Assembly (NCBI GenBank): GCA_963718885.1
Contig: CAVRAK010000033.1
Span: forward strand, 54,759 to 118,758
Source of the DNA: an uncultured Acidobacteriota bacterium
Lineage (GTDB): Bacteria; Acidobacteriota; Terriglobia; Terriglobales; Acidobacteriaceae
Reading direction: 5' to 3'
DNA: 64,000 nucleotides
The notes under the pieces are model-generated. The model made no database searches and was not told the DNA's origin. It saw only the letters and a program-made list of their open reading frames with translations. Below, piece after piece: positions 54,301-63,363 of this stretch; positions within the stretch are counted from its first letter, which is position 1; the number at the start of each line of letters is the position of its first letter. The translations under genes and the position numbers were made by a program.

Positions 54301-54973
54301 GTTCGGCGCCGGGCGCACCTTCGCGAACCAGAGCCGCGCGCTGGATCTGATTATCGGCGGATGGTCGGCCAACGCGACGTTCGTAGCGCAGTCCGGTAAT
54401 CCATTCACCGTATATACCTCCGGCCTGTCGGGTGCGAACACTGGGAGTATTCGATCGCTCAAGACGGGGGACCCATTCAAGGGCGGCGGAAACTGGGGCA
54501 TTGCGAATCCGAGCAATGTTCCTTCTTCATCGTGCCCGTCTGAAGTGCGGAATCGCAACAACTGGTATAACCCGTGCGCGTTCACAAATCCGTGGAGCCC
54601 GAACGACTATGTCAACGAACCATCACACTATCTGAGCAGCGGTGCGACTGACGCTAACAAGCCGCAGGCTACGCCGGACTATGTGACGGATACCGCCACG
54701 GCACTGGAATACCTCGGCGGCGTCCGCGACCAGGTCTACGGGCCAGGCTACGAGCGCGTGAACATGTCGATCTTCAAGGATTTCAAGGTCTATCGTGAAA
54801 ACGCGCTTGAATTCCGCACCGACATTTTCAACCTGTTCAACACGCCCACGCTGGGCCAGCCGTCGGATACGGGCATTGCGGCCAGCGGCGGCCAGATCAC
54901 GGGCACGCGCAGCCTGCAGTTGCATGCGCCCGACTCACGCTTCATCCAGCTCTCGCTGAAGTACTCGTTCTAG
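51340..54973 (+). CDS. TonB-dependent receptor, Oar-like; frameshift near 52410
   Basis: [49 protein letters not shown], C-terminal KYSF. Confidence 0.92.
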
Positions 54974-55016
54974 AGATTTCAGCAAGGGGCGAAAGACGTT
55001 TCCGTACATGGTCTAA

Positions 55017-55051
55017 GGGGAACCCGGCAGGTTCGGGTTCCCCGATTTTTT
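55017..55051 (+). terminator. Intrinsic terminator between TBDR4 and the TPR gene
   Basis: GGGGAACCCG-gcaggtt-CGGGTTCCCC followed by gaTTTTTT. Confidence 0.75.
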
Positions 55052-55063
55052 GGTGCAGCAACT

Positions 55064-56524
55064 ATGCGGCCTGTTCAAGTAGTCTCAAGTTGTCCCGGAC
55101 AGGACGGGCATACGGAACTTTCATTGTCGATACACGGGCTTTTACGAAATGCGCCACGCAACGCTCTCTGTGCACTGTTGAGCGGCGCAGCATTGCTGGC
55201 GGCGCAGGCACCGCCAGCCACATCGCGTCTTGAAGAACGATTCCAGGAGGCGATGGCGGCGCAGGATCATGGAGACGCAGAGAAGGCAGAGAGTATTCTG
55301 CGGGAATTGCGCAGTGCGCATCCGGGTTTATTTGCGGTGGATGAATCGCTGGGCCTGCTCTACGTTTCGCAGGAGCGCTTTGCCGAAGCTCTGCCGCTGC
55401 TCGAGGCCGGGGCGCGCGAGAATCCCCAGTCTGACGCGGCGCATGCCAACCTGGGAGCGGCGTATTTCCGACTCAAGCGCAAAGCAGACGCGCTGGAGCA
55501 GTTTGAGATCGCTGCGCGCCTGAACCCCGATAATGCGGCTACGCAACAGAGCCTGGGGCGGCTCTGGATGGAAACGCATCATCCTGACCGCGCGGCGACG
55601 GCGTTTGCCGAGGAGCTGCGTCTGCAGCCGGCGAACGCCGATGCGGCAATTGACGAGGCGGTGGCGCTCGAAGCTGCAGGCGAAGCGGCGAAGGCAGTGG
55701 AGGTGCTGAACGCGATGCCGGGCGTCGATGGCTCGGCGGCTGCGCAAGTGCTGCTGGGCGAACTCAGCGAAAAGCTGAACGACGTGAAAGCGGCGGGGCA
55801 GCATTTTGCGCGTGCGGTGGAGCTTGACCCAAGCGAGCAGAATGTGTGGGAGCTGGGCGTCGAGTTTCTGCGCCACTGGAGTTTTGAGCCGGCAATCCGG
55901 GAGTTTGAAGCGGCAGTGGCGCGGTTTCCCCAAAGCACGCGCATGCGGCTGGGCCTGGGTGCGGCATACTTTGGCAATGGGACCTACGCGAAGGCGCTGC
56001 CGGTCTTCGCGGATTTGCTGCACGACGATGCGAACAACCGCCTCTATGCCGAGCTGCTGGGCATGTCATGCCTCGCAGAGTCGCACGAGGCGCAGCCGCG
56101 CTGCACGGAGCTGGTTGCGTATGCGCAGGCGCATCCCTCCGATGCGATGGCAGCCACCTACGCAGCCTCGGCCCTGGTGCAGGGCAGGGCGGGCGAGGAG
56201 GAGAGCCGGCTGGCGCGGCAGCTTCTCGACAGAGCGATCAAAGCCGACCCGAAGCTGGCCGAGGCATACTACCAGAGGGGTCTTCTCAAGCAACTTCAGG
56301 CCGACTGGAAGGGCAGCATTCCTGATCTGGAAGCTGCAATTCAAAGAAAGCCTGACTTTGCCAAGGCCCATTACCGGCTGGCGCTGGCGTGCTGGCGCGA
56401 CGGGCGAAAGGCCGACGCCGAGAGAGAGATGGACCTGCAGCAGAAATTTTCGAAGCAGCAGCAGGAAGACCTCGACAGGCAGCTTCGGCAGATCACCGTC
56501 TTTATTGTGGATACCCGCCGATGA
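55064..56524 (+). CDS. Exported tetratricopeptide repeat protein (start uncertain)
   Basis: Repeated AHANLGAAY / AEAYYQRG / AHYRLA TPR units after a hydrophobic leader. Confidence 0.88.
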   Translation: MRPVQVVSSCPGQDGHTELSLSIHGLLRNAPRNALCALLSGAALLAAQAPPATSRLEERFQEAMAAQDHGDAEKAESILRELRSAHPGLFAVDESLGLLYVSQERFAEALPLLEAGARENPQSDAAHANLGAAYFRLKRKADALEQFEIAARLNPDNAATQQSLGRLWMETHHPDRAATAFAEELRLQPANADAAIDEAVALEAAGEAAKAVEVLNAMPGVDGSAAAQVLLGELSEKLNDVKAAGQHFARAVELDPSEQNVWELGVEFLRHWSFEPAIREFEAAVARFPQSTRMRLGLGAAYFGNGTYAKALPVFADLLHDDANNRLYAELLGMSCLAESHEAQPRCTELVAYAQAHPSDAMAATYAASALVQGRAGEEESRLARQLLDRAIKADPKLAEAYYQRGLLKQLQADWKGSIPDLEAAIQRKPDFAKAHYRLALACWRDGRKADAEREMDLQQKFSKQQQEDLDRQLRQITVFIVDTRR

Positions 56525-56553
56525 AGCGAGGCAAGGTCGGGACTGCAGCGCGT

Positions 56554-57766
56554 TCATCCCCTGAGGAGCTGCGCGACATTAAGAGCATCGGGGGCCTGGG
56601 TATTACGCGGCCGGCCGGGACCAATGGCGACTGCCTGGCCATGCGCCTCGGACCATACGATGAAGGTCGCGTCGTCCGCTCCAGGCAGGCGGTTGAGATT
56701 GATCCAGGTATAGTAGGCGCCGAAATCGCCGTCGACGAGCGACCCGGCGCGATCCGGCTCCGCACTTGCGGTAGAAGCGGCGAACATCTCGTTCATGGAG
56801 CGCTGGCGCTGACGCGGGCCGAAGCGCGCCACGAGGCTCAAAGGCTCGGCCCGCCGCATGAGCTCCCGCGCTGCCCACTGCACGAAGCTGGTGCTGAAGA
56901 TCTGGGTGCCTGATCCCTCGCCGTAGACGCTCATCACGAATCGGCTGACCAGGGGATCACTACCAGCCGATGCGAGCGTGCCGGGAGTCCACTCGGCCAT
57001 GATGGACCTCAGCGCTTCGGGGCCCGATCGGCCGCTTTCCATCACGGTCCGCGCCTTTGCGAGCACCTCGTGGCGCAAGGCTGCTGAGCCGGCCCAACTG
57101 AAGTGCATCACGGAGTCGTCAATGGAGAGGCTGTATGCGCTTCCGTCGATGTACCAGTGACGGTACGGCATGGGGCTCGTTTGGACGCGGGCGTTGAGGG
57201 CATGCAGAATTGTGGCCGTTCCATCGGGATCGACGACGTGCGGGTAATAGACGCCATAGGGACGAAGCTTGCGGAAGAGCGGCTGCGCTTCGGCGCGGAG
57301 ATCGGCATCGAGAATCACAACCACCCAGCGCGAGACGGGCGGCATGCGATCGGGCATCGACTTGCGCAGCTCGTCGGCAAACTGATAGCCGGCAGCGTGA
57401 AATGCGTCGATCTGATGCGAAGCCCACAGCCATGCGCTCAAATCCTCTTCGAATTTCTGTGGCGAGGCGGCCCAGTCTTCAGCGATGAGCTCGGGCGGCA
57501 GAGCGATTTTCGCAAAGCCGCCGGTGAGTTGCTCGCGATCTGCGGGAGAGAGCGCGGCGAGGCAGGCAAAGCGCGCTTCGATTACGGCCCGTTCCTGGGG
57601 AAAGCGGGTGTCGAGGTCGCTGACCTCGCGCAGAAGCGCGGCGGCGAGAGGGACGGGAAGGTTCTGCAGCAGATCGAGATGGGTCGACTGCGAATTGGCG
57701 CGCCATCGGCGGATAGCTGCGGAAGTCGGTGGCGCGGAGAGAGCGCGGATCCAAGCGCGGATTCAT
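56554..57766 (-). CDS. Hypothetical protein (about 400 aa); frameshift near 57683
   Basis: MNPRLDPRSLRATDFRSYPPMARQFAV..LSAWLWASHQIDAF..HWYIDG..GSGTQIFSTSFVQWAARELMRRAEP; start overlaps the upstream stop (TGATG). Confidence 0.75.
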
Positions 57767-58926
57767 CAGACCACCTCCGGCAGCACCGCGCCCTGGGCCA
57801 TTGACGTGTCGAAGCCAAGCAGCCTGCCGACGGTGGGGACGAGATCTCTCGAATCGACGGGGCGCTGCACAAATGCGCCCTCGCGTACGCCAGGGCCGAG
57901 CACCATCATCCATGTGGTGCGGGAAGCGGCGTCGCCGGTGCGATGGTGCTGAAAGCCGTTGCCTGCGGGATTGGTGTCGGAGTCTCGCCCGAAGTCGGGG
58001 AGCACGAACATCGTCGTCTTACCGGCATATTCGGGATTGGATTGAATCTGATTCCAGATATCGACGCATAGCCTGTCGGTGCGGCGGATGCCGTCCACGT
58101 AGATGGAGTAGGAACCGGAGTGGGCCATATCGATGTCGTGCAGGGTGATCCACAGCAGGCTTGGCGCCTCCTGCAGCATCAACTGGCGCGCCACATAGAC
58201 GGAGAGCTCATCGGCGCTATCGAGACTTGCGGCGTGGTGGACGAACTCATCCCGCGAGACGCGCAGCAGCTGCTCGATCTGGCCCAGCTCGGCCTCGCCG
58301 CGCGTCAGGCCGAGGCCTGCCTGCGGCTCTTCATAGGTGTCCCGGAGGAGGCGATCGAGATCGTCGAAGGGACGGCCGGGCGTGGCCGCCTGCAACAACT
58401 GCTTTGGGAGAATGACGCCGGCGCCGAAGTCGTCGCCGAATCTGCGGTCCCTGCTATGGGCCATATTCCTGAAGCCATTGCTGGGCGAAATGACCCACGC
58501 ATCGCGAGCGGGGCGGCGCAACTCCTTGCGGAAATACTCGAAGAGGGTGGGATGCTCGGGCATTGCGCCGGAGAAGTTGTTGAAGGTTTCGTAGACGCCG
58601 GTGGCGAGGCTGGTGGTGGCCACGTAGTGACCGAGGATGCCATGGTTGATGACCTGGCCGAAGAAGGTGCTGCGCGGGAGCAGTGTCCCGATCAGCCCCG
58701 GAATGTTTGCCTGTCCTTCGGGGGCGAAGGTCTCTTCATCGCGCGCACCGCCGCCAAAAGTGACGATGACGACCTTGCGCTTTCCAGTGGCGGCGTAGGC
58801 CGCAGCAGGGAGCAGCGGGGTGATCCCGGTGGCCGCGGCGCAGGCGGAGGCAATCCGCAAAAACTCTCTCCGACTGCAGACGATCGACGCAATGTCGCGC
58901 GGATCTGGCCAGAAGCGTTCAGCCAT
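57766..58926 (-). CDS. Tat-signal protein, alkaline-phosphatase-superfamily/DUF1501-like
   Basis: SRREFL leader; VVIVTFGGG, HDIDMAH, FVLPDFGRD, FQHH, DLVPTVGRLLG. Confidence 0.7.
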   Translation of the reverse strand: MAERFWPDPRDIASIVCSRREFLRIASACAAATGITPLLPAAAYAATGKRKVVIVTFGGGARDEETFAPEGQANIPGLIGTLLPRSTFFGQVINHGILGHYVATTSLATGVYETFNNFSGAMPEHPTLFEYFRKELRRPARDAWVISPSNGFRNMAHSRDRRFGDDFGAGVILPKQLLQAATPGRPFDDLDRLLRDTYEEPQAGLGLTRGEAELGQIEQLLRVSRDEFVHHAASLDSADELSVYVARQLMLQEAPSLLWITLHDIDMAHSGSYSIYVDGIRRTDRLCVDIWNQIQSNPEYAGKTTMFVLPDFGRDSDTNPAGNGFQHHRTGDAASRTTWMMVLGPGVREGAFVQRPVDSRDLVPTVGRLLGFDTSMAQGAVLPEVV

Positions 58927-59096
58927 CGACGGCGCCCCCCCGGGCAAGCTTACCATCCGCCGGCTGGGGTGGCGCCAGCAGTTTCGTGCGCGGAGGATCG
59001 GGTTGCGGTTGCAGTTGCGGGAACGGCATTGCGAATGGGATTGGCGGCGAGGTTTGCAGATAAAATCGGGAGAATGATGGGCAGGAAAGGGGAGCG

Positions 59097-60122
59097 ATGA
59101 GCACAGTTCTGGTGACGGGCGGATCGGGGTTTATCGGGAGCCATGCGATTGTGCAGTTGCTGGCGGCGGGGCACACCGTACGTACAACGGTGCGTAGCCT
59201 TGCGCGCGAGGCCGATGTGCGGGCGCTGGTGAAGCAGGGAGCAGGCGCTGAACCGGATGGGCGACTCTCTTTTTGCGAGGCCGACCTGACGGCAGATGCG
59301 GGCTGGAAGAAGGCGGTGGAAGGCTGCGAGTATGTGCTGCATGTGGCTTCGCCGTTTCCGGCGCAGGTGCCCGAGGATGAGAACGAGCTGATTGTGCCGG
59401 CGCGCGAGGGCGCGCTGCGCGTGCTGAAAGCGGCACGGGATGCCGAGGTGAAGCGGGTGGTGATGACGTCGTCCTTCGCGGCGGTGGGATACGGGCATGC
59501 CGAGCAAAGCGCGCCGTTCACGGAGAAGGACTGGACGGACGTGAATGGCGAGGATGTTTCGCCGTATGTGAAGTCGAAGACGCTGGCGGAGCGGGCGGCG
59601 TGGGAGTTTATTGGGCGCGAGGGGTGGCGGCTGGAACTGGCGGTGGTGAATCCGGTGGGGGTATTTGGGCCGGTGCTGGGGGCGGATTACGCGACGTCGA
59701 TCCTGATTGTGCAGAAGATGCTCGAGGGCGCGCTGCCGGGATGTCCGCGGCTGAAGTTTGGGGTGGTGGATGTGCGGGACGTGGTGGATCTGCATCTGCG
59801 GGCGATGACACATCCAGAGGCGAAGGGCGAGCGGTTTCTGGCGGTGGCCGGGGAGTTCCAGTGGATTGTGGAGATGGCGCGGGCACTGAAGAGCCGCATG
59901 GGCGAGGCGGCGAAGAAGGTGCCGACGCGGCAGCTGCCGGATTTCGTGGTGCGGCTGGCGGCGCTCAAGGATTCGGCGGTGAAGCAGATTATTCCGGAGC
60001 TGGGCGTCGAGAAGAATGCGACGGGCGAGAAGGCGCAGCGGGTGCTGGGCTGGCAGCCGCGTTCGTGGGAGGATGCCGTGGTCGCGACGGGCGAGAGCCT
60101 GGTGCGGCTGGGGTTGGTGTGA
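59097..60122 (+). CDS. NAD-dependent epimerase/dehydratase (aldehyde reductase-like extended SDR)
   Basis: VLVTGGSGFIG, HVASP, TSSFAA, YVKSKTLAERAAW. Confidence 0.93.
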   Translation: MSTVLVTGGSGFIGSHAIVQLLAAGHTVRTTVRSLAREADVRALVKQGAGAEPDGRLSFCEADLTADAGWKKAVEGCEYVLHVASPFPAQVPEDENELIVPAREGALRVLKAARDAEVKRVVMTSSFAAVGYGHAEQSAPFTEKDWTDVNGEDVSPYVKSKTLAERAAWEFIGREGWRLELAVVNPVGVFGPVLGADYATSILIVQKMLEGALPGCPRLKFGVVDVRDVVDLHLRAMTHPEAKGERFLAVAGEFQWIVEMARALKSRMGEAAKKVPTRQLPDFVVRLAALKDSAVKQIIPELGVEKNATGEKAQRVLGWQPRSWEDAVVATGESLVRLGLV

Positions 60123-60134
60123 GAACAAGTAGTC

Positions 60135-60196
60135 AGGGATCAGGGATCAGGGGGCAGGGACCGAGGATCAGGGACCAGGGACAGGGACCGAGGACT
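60135..60196 (+). repeat. Heptamer tandem array (AGGGAYC) about 9 units
   Basis: agggatc agggatc agggggc agggacc gaggatc agggacc agggac agggacc gaggact between convergent genes. Confidence 0.88.
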
Positions 60197-60216
60197 GCGA
60201 CGAGGGGATGACGACA

Positions 60217-60245
60217 GGGCGCTCAGGAGGCGCCCCGTTTGTTTT
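60217..60245. terminator. Probable terminator between the SDR and J-domain genes
   Basis: GGGCGC..GCGCCC stem followed by gtttgtttt. Confidence 0.5.
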
Positions 60246-61243
60246 AGCGGGAACGGCGGTCGCGGTTGTTCTGGCGGCGTTCGACTTTCTGAGCGCGGGT
60301 GTCGGGTGTGCCGCTGCGGCGTTCTTTGGAGGTGTGGCGGCGCTCTTTGAAGAGGGCTTTGCCGACCATGACGAACTTTTCGATGTTGGCAACGGCCGGC
60401 GAGGGAGCCGGGATCATTTCGGAGATGGTGATGGAAGCGAGGCCGGGGATTACGGGTCCGCGTGAGGCCGCTTTGCGATGAGCAGGAGTGGTGGTGACCT
60501 CGAGGGCGGTACCGGGGGTGGGCTGCGGTATTTTGGCAGCCGGCCGCTTAACTGTGGGCGCGGCAACGTCAGGGCCACCGGTGATTCCGATGTCCGGGCC
60601 TGACTCGCGGGCTTCGATGGGCTCGGGCGGTTCAGAAGCGTGCGATGCCGCTTCAGCAATGTCAGCAGCGGCGGCAGAGGCTGCAGCGGCTTCGGTTCCG
60701 TTGGTTAGGAGCTTGTTGAGGACGGGGATGCGGATGCGCTGGGTTTCGACGAAGTCGACCCCTTCGGCGGTAAGCGAGAAGTCGGAGTTGTCGGCTTTGC
60801 TGACGTAGTTCTTGCGCACGAGATACCAGGTGGTGAAGTCGAGGTAGTCGCGGGGAAAGCCCATGCGCTTCTCGATATCGGCGAGGCTGACCTCGGGATT
60901 GTAGGGATTGGTGCGGCGCTGGTAATAGAGGACGGCGAGCACGGCGAGGCGGCGGTTGAGCTCGCCCTGCAGGTTGTCCATGAAGTCGACCGAACTGGAC
61001 ATGGGCTGCTTTTCGGTCTCGTCGCCGGCGCGCTGGGTATCATACTCGGCGCGGCGAGCCAGGATCGGAGAGGACGTCGTAAGCGGATTTCAGTAAGTAG
61101 AATTTTTCTGGATCGCCGGAATCGGGGTTATCGGGGTGGAAGCGGGCGGCGAGGAATTTATAGATACGGTGAATGGTGTCGTGATCAGCGTTGGGGCTGA
61201 TCTGCAGGAATTCATAGTAATCGAGCGTCTGCGCGGCAATCAT
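60244..61243 (-). CDS. J-domain (DnaJ-type) protein with winged-helix-like region and Arg-rich tail; frameshift near 61061
   Basis: DYYEFLQISPNAD..LAARFHPDN..KSAYDVLSDP(ARRAEYD), continuing into ORF 60244..61002. Confidence 0.85.
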
Positions 61244-61576
61244 TGTGGCGCCTCTTGCTTTAGTCCGGGACTCCAGGTGGGTTGGCCCGAGTGCTAGCAA
61301 GAATTGAATCATCAATGAGGATCAAGGTCGTTAGCCATTCAGAGGAATGGGCGTAACACTTTCGTAGGAGGGGTGTTGGAGGATCAGGCTGAACCCCTCC
61401 GACGGGGGTTCTCACTCTCGTGGGCTCGCTCACATTGGCGGCCCAGCCTACTGTGGTTGATGGCAAATTGAACGAGTGAGATTAATGAGATTGCCTGTCG
61501 CCCAGTAAAGACTGAGGCCAGCGGCATATTTCCAAAGCGTACAGCCAAAAATGACATCAGTGGTGGTACGTCCCGA

Positions 61577-61957
61577 TCAATCGAGCGGAGGTAGTGGGGA
61601 AATTTGCGGGAAGGAATGCGGATGCGGTGTGTCTGCTTCGAGAGCGGCGAGCCATGCACGGATTTCGTGGAGGAGCGGTGCGAGAGAGAGTCCGCCGAAG
61701 ACGGGCGGGCACTGCTCGAGGCGACGGAGGGAGCGGCGGAGGAGGGAGCGCGCTCCAGCAAGATTGCCGCGGTGGAGATGGTGAAAGGCGGCAGTGACCT
61801 GGATGAGGGCCTGGAGGAAGCTCTTCTCCGGCTCATCCAGTTTGAGCCATGCGCTTTCCCAGGACTCATGGGCCTCAAAGAATTCCCGGGCGCGGTAGCG
61901 TGCGAGGCCTTCAGCGAGCAGATCGGAGGTCCAGTCGAGGTGGCTGTGAGAGTTCAT
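61577..61957 (-). CDS. DUF309 domain protein
   Basis: EFFEAHESWESAW..FLQALIQVTAAFHHLHRGNLAGA. Confidence 0.88.
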   Translation of the reverse strand: MNSHSHLDWTSDLLAEGLARYRAREFFEAHESWESAWLKLDEPEKSFLQALIQVTAAFHHLHRGNLAGARSLLRRSLRRLEQCPPVFGGLSLAPLLHEIRAWLAALEADTPHPHSFPQISPLPPLD

Positions 61958-62149
61958 GGTTCGCGGTTCATAGTTCACAGCCTGGAATCAGAGAGGCTGG
62001 GAGCTATGTACGAAGAGGATAGTCCTGGGCGCGAGGGAAGAGGAAATTGCGGGTGATCGAGAACTCTCTCCAAGGCCAACACCCCGTGGAGGGGGAAGAG
62101 AGACGGGGGAGGGAGCATTCCGGATTGGGGGATCTGGAAAGGGGAGATG

Positions 62150-62434
62150 TTACTTCCTGCCGGAGAGCTCAAAGCGGCGAAAGAGGACGGTCTTGGGACG
62201 GCAGACGATGACCTTCTGGGGTTCAGCGACGCCATTGCTTTGCAAGAGCATCAGTTCCTGCTCGGTTTCTTCAGATTTGTTGAGCAGGGTTTCAAGCTCT
62301 TCGCGCGCGATGCGCCGGTTGTCGTAGTGAGCAAATGCAGAGGAGATAACGCGCCGCAGGTGTTTCTCTCTGCGCTGGAGATGCGAAACGGTTCCTTCGA
62401 GTTCGGCAATGCGTGGATTCGTAGATTCCGCCAT
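62150..62434 (-). CDS. Hypothetical coiled-coil protein
   Basis: 94 aa with heptad-like pattern; TACAAT box 6 nt before the ATG. Confidence 0.6.
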   Translation of the reverse strand: MAESTNPRIAELEGTVSHLQRREKHLRRVISSAFAHYDNRRIAREELETLLNKSEETEQELMLLQSNGVAEPQKVIVCRPKTVLFRRFELSGRK

Positions 62435-62613
62435 GTTTCAATTGTACCCCCGATTTTGTCACCTATCCTTGGTCACGAAGTTGCAAGTGGCAGGATATGC
62501 AGGGGTTGAGATGAGGAAATCGTGACGAAAACGGGCGGAAAATCAGGGGTTTCGCCAAAGAAGAGAGCACTGCGCGAGGCGAATAATCAGGGAAAGCGCG
62601 GAGAGGCTGCAGG

Positions 62614-63312
62614 TCAGCCGATGGAGACTTTTCCCGAGGCAAGATTATAGACTCCAGAGTCTACTTTGAGACTGCCGGCCTTGAGGGCTTCCTTGATGAC
62701 GGGTGATGAGGTGCGCAGGAGATCGGCCTGGATGCGCGTATTGGCGAGGATGGCGGCGTCAAGGTCGCCTGCCGACTGATCGACAGCGCGGCGGAGAGGA
62801 AAATAAAGAGCGCTGATCTGGCCGGGGACGGCATCGGCCTTCATGGCGGCTTTGACGGCTCCGCAGCCGGCATGGCCGAGGACGAGGAGGCATTTCACGC
62901 CGAGGACGGCGACGCCGTATTCGAGGCTGGCGATGATTGCAGAGGACGCGATGTTGCCGGCGACGCGGGCGACGAAGATATGGCCGATGGTCTGGTCGAA
63001 GATAAGCTCGACGGGAACGCGGGAGTCGGCGCAGGAGAGCACGGCGGCAAATGGTTCCTGCTTGTCGACGGTGTGATTTTTGAGCATATCGAGATCGGCC
63101 TGGATGGAGGTGAGCTGATTGGCGACGAAGCGGGCGTTGCCGTTGATGAGCTCCTGAAGAGCCTGATCGGGCGAGAGGGATGACTGCGCGAAGGCGCGGG
63201 GAGCGGCGAGCTCAAGCGCTGCGGGTGCGGTCGCGCTGATAACAGCGGCGGAGAGCGCATTGCGGAGGAAACGGCGTCTGCCGGGATCGTGGCTGGTGAG
63301 GTGATCGCACAT
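62614..63312 (-). CDS. Beta-class carbonic anhydrase with Tat signal
   Basis: GRRRFL leader, LSCADSRV, RVAGN, LGHAGCGAV. Confidence 0.93.
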   Translation of the reverse strand: MCDHLTSHDPGRRRFLRNALSAAVISATAPAALELAAPRAFAQSSLSPDQALQELINGNARFVANQLTSIQADLDMLKNHTVDKQEPFAAVLSCADSRVPVELIFDQTIGHIFVARVAGNIASSAIIASLEYGVAVLGVKCLLVLGHAGCGAVKAAMKADAVPGQISALYFPLRRAVDQSAGDLDAAILANTRIQADLLRTSSPVIKEALKAGSLKVDSGVYNLASGKVSIG

Positions 63313-63363
63313 GGGTGTGTCGCTCCTTAAAAGGATGTGGCCCAGTGGTGAGGCGATTGTCGC

